Source of the DNA: Bispira polyomma
Lineage: Eukaryota
Direction of reading: 5' to 3'
Assembly (NCBI GenBank): GCA_965649765.1
Contig: OZ287756.1
Location: 43,462,001 to 43,526,000, forward strand
DNA length: 64,000 bases
Part shown: piece after piece, positions 61,421-64,000 of the stretch
Layout of the letters: every line of letters begins with the position of its first letter
How positions within the stretch are numbered: position 1 is the first letter of the stretch
The notes under the pieces: generated by a model
Seen by the model: the letters and a program-made list of their open reading frames with translations, nothing else
Databases searched by the model: none
What the model was told of the DNA's origin: nothing
Program-made: the position numbers and the translations under genes

Positions 61421-63998
61421 TTAACTACAACTTCTGGATAGAGCATCAGCACAAATGTTATCCTTTCCTTTAACATGCTCTATTTGTAAACGGTATTCTT
61501 GCAAAACCAAACTCCAATTCAATAAACGTCTGTTTTTGTTTTTCATTTTGTGCAAGAATACTAAAGGGTTGTGATCTGTGTACACAATAGTTGGTTTTGA
61601 TGATGAAGAGATATATATGTCAAAGTGTTTAATGGCAAAAATGAGGGCTAAGCATTCTTTTTCTATTGTAGAGTAATTCTTTTGATGTACATTAAATTTT
61701 TTTGAAAAATAACAAATGGGATGTTCAATATCTTCATCATCAGTCTGCAGTAAAACTGCACCTGCCCCAACATCACTGGCATCCACAGCTAGCCGGAATG
61801 GTCTACTGAAGTCTGGAGCAGTTAGTACAGGCTCCGAACAGAGAACACTCTTTACTTTGTTAAATGCTTTTTGACATGCTTCAGACCAGTGATATTTTAC
61901 ATTTTTTTTAAGAGCACAGTCAGTGGAGTAGTGACATCTGAGAAATTTTTACAAAATTTTCTATAATAACTTGACATTCCCAGGAACCTCATTAAACTTT
62001 TCTTATTTTTAGGAATAGGGTAGCCAATAATGCTTTCAACTTTTGCTTTAATTGTCGTCACAACTCAATGACCCACTACATACCCTAAGTAAACAACCTT
62101 TGCTTTTACAAAGTCACTTTTCGATAGATTCACAGTAAGGTTGGCTGCTTAAGCCAAAACAGAACTTGTTCAAGTCTTTTCAAATGTTCTTCCCAAGTAT
62201 CACTGAAGATGACAATATCATCCACATACACTTCAACCCCTTCTAAGTTCCTTAGACATATATTCATAAGTCTCTGAAATGTAGCTTGGGAATTTTTCAT
62301 GCCAAATGGCATTACTTTGTACTGATACAGACCATCGGGAGTTACAAGTGCTGATATTTCTTTTGCCCGTTCGGTAAGAGGTACACACCAGTAACCTTTC
62401 AATAAGTCACATTTTGTGATATATTTGGCTTTACCAATCCGATCAATACAGTCTTCCATTCTTGGGATAGGAAATGAATCGGTTTTACTCAAAACATTAA
62501 CCTTTCTATAGTCTGTGCAATATCTGATAGAACCATCAGGCTTCGGGACCAAAACACAAGGAGATGCCCAACTACTTTGACTTGGTTCAATTATATCTTT
62601 GTCCAACATGTATTGCACTTCTTGTCTTAATTTTTCAAGTTTAATCGGGTTTACATGATATGGGTGCTGTTTGACCGGAATGGCATTGCCAACATCAACA
62701 TCATGCATGAGTACATTGGTTCTGTTAAGGGCATCAGGAAATACTGACTTATACTTCAAGAGTAACTCACTAAGTGGGATCCTCTTATCTGGAGGTACAT
62801 GATTCAGTTTGGTTTCCAAATCAGCAAGAATCTCTGAATTACTCAACCTAATTTTACATTTAACTTCAACATCAGGAGTGTCACCCCATGCTTCATGTTC
62901 CTGATTGTTGTCATTTTCCACATTACAGTCAGTAGCCATGACAGGCTTTGTCACACCCCTTTCAAAGTATAGTTTTACCATATTTACATGACACAGTTGG
63001 GTTGACTTCCTTCTGTCCGGGGTTTCAATGACATAATCCAAATCACCTACTCTCTTTAACACTTTGTATGGCCCATGACATCTGGCTTGTAACGTGTTCC
63101 CCTGGACAGGTAATAGCACTAAAACCTTGTCTTCCCGTTTAAAAACATGGTTTTGTGACTTTCTATCATAAAGCATTTTCATTTTTGACTGAGAATGTTT
63201 CAAATTTTGTTGCGCTAGCTCACAAGCCTTTGTCAGCCAACTCCTAAACTTTGAAACATAATCTAACAGGTGTAAGCTCTCAGAGTTCTCAGATAACCAA
63301 TTTTCTTTCAACAACTTAAGAGGACCACGGACTGAATGACCAAACACCTGATTGTTGTCATTTTCCACATTACAGTCAGTAGCCATGACAGTTTCACAAC
63401 AGTTTCTCAACAATTTGAGAGGACCACGGACTGAATGACCAAACACCAACTCAAAGGGACTAAAGCCTAAAGACTCTTGCACTGATTCTCTAACTGCAAA
63501 CAATAATAAGTTGATGCCTTCATCCCAGTCTTTCTCATTATCTAAGCAATATGTCCTAATCATATTTTTTAAAGTGGAATGGAACCTTTCAAGTGCACCT
63601 TGTAATTCTGGGTGATAAGCACTAGATTTGATCTGTTTGGCACCTAACTGAAACACAACTTGCTGAAATAATCCTGACATGAAATTTGACCCTTGATCTG
63701 ACTGGATCTCCTTCGGTAAGCCAATTAAAACAAAGAAATTGATTAAAGCTTTTGAAATTTTCGGGGCTGTTATGTTGGTCAAAGGTATGGCTTCAGGGAA
63801 TCTGGTTGAGGCACACATAATGGTTAAGAGATATTGGTTTCTGGATTTAGTCTTTGGTAAGGGGCCTACACAATCAATTATCACCTTGCTGAATGGTTCC
63901 TCAAATGCTGGAATGGGTTTTAAAGGAGTTACAGGAATATTTTGGTTTGGTTTCCCTACAACTTGACAAATGTGACAAATTTTACAAAATTCTGCCAC
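61421..63998 (-). pseudogene. Gmr1-like pol (INT, RT, RNase H), frameshifted near 62130-61870
   Basis: ORFs 62130-63998 and 61421-61786. Confidence 0.88.
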
Positions 63999-64000
63999 AC

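Larger units (their letters stand above)
60438..64000 (-). mobile_element. Gypsy-type LTR retrotransposon with Gmr1-like INT-RT-RH order; 5' part lies outside the window
   Basis: 3' LTR 60438-61222, PPT GGGGGGAGG immediately before it; integrase (IDCVGPLP, SDQGSNF, GALERF) upstream of RT (DYRKVN, MPFG, YVDD) and RNase H (DASDVG, YSTIEKE, TDH, ADALSR). Confidence 0.93.

Overview
AT-rich invertebrate (probably lophotrochozoan or deuterostome) genomic DNA. The one host gene I can reconstruct is a 16-exon DEG/ENaC (amiloride-sensitive Na+ channel family) gene on the minus strand, 45378->8059, about 920-950 aa. All its GT-AG splice phases chain consistently. Its most unusual feature is a complete six-cysteine C-type lectin domain, encoded by three exons as a phase 1-1 module and inserted in the extracellular finger region. 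The lectin follows a polybasic furin site and precedes a Thr-rich stalk. The next exon has an in-frame TGA when its strong acceptor is used, and a downstream in-phase acceptor skips it. The rest of the window is nested mobile DNA. It includes a 7.8-kb Polinton/Maverick (adintovirus-like) element with TIRs, TSD, integrase, capsids, protease and ATPase but no DNA polymerase. It includes an L1/Tx1 LINE whose ORF1 carries an IMPACT/YigZ domain, split by a young L2/CR1-type LINE that has a 2A-like motif and an unusual 3' truncation. It also holds a PIF/Harbinger transposon, a Gmr1-order Gypsy element plus a solo LTR, tRNA-derived SINEs, MITEs, DIRS-like relics and a BiP/HSP70 pseudogene fragment. 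Tandem repeats copied from the gene's own exon/intron boundaries flank three exons. All exon and domain calls were made by hand; no database searches were run.
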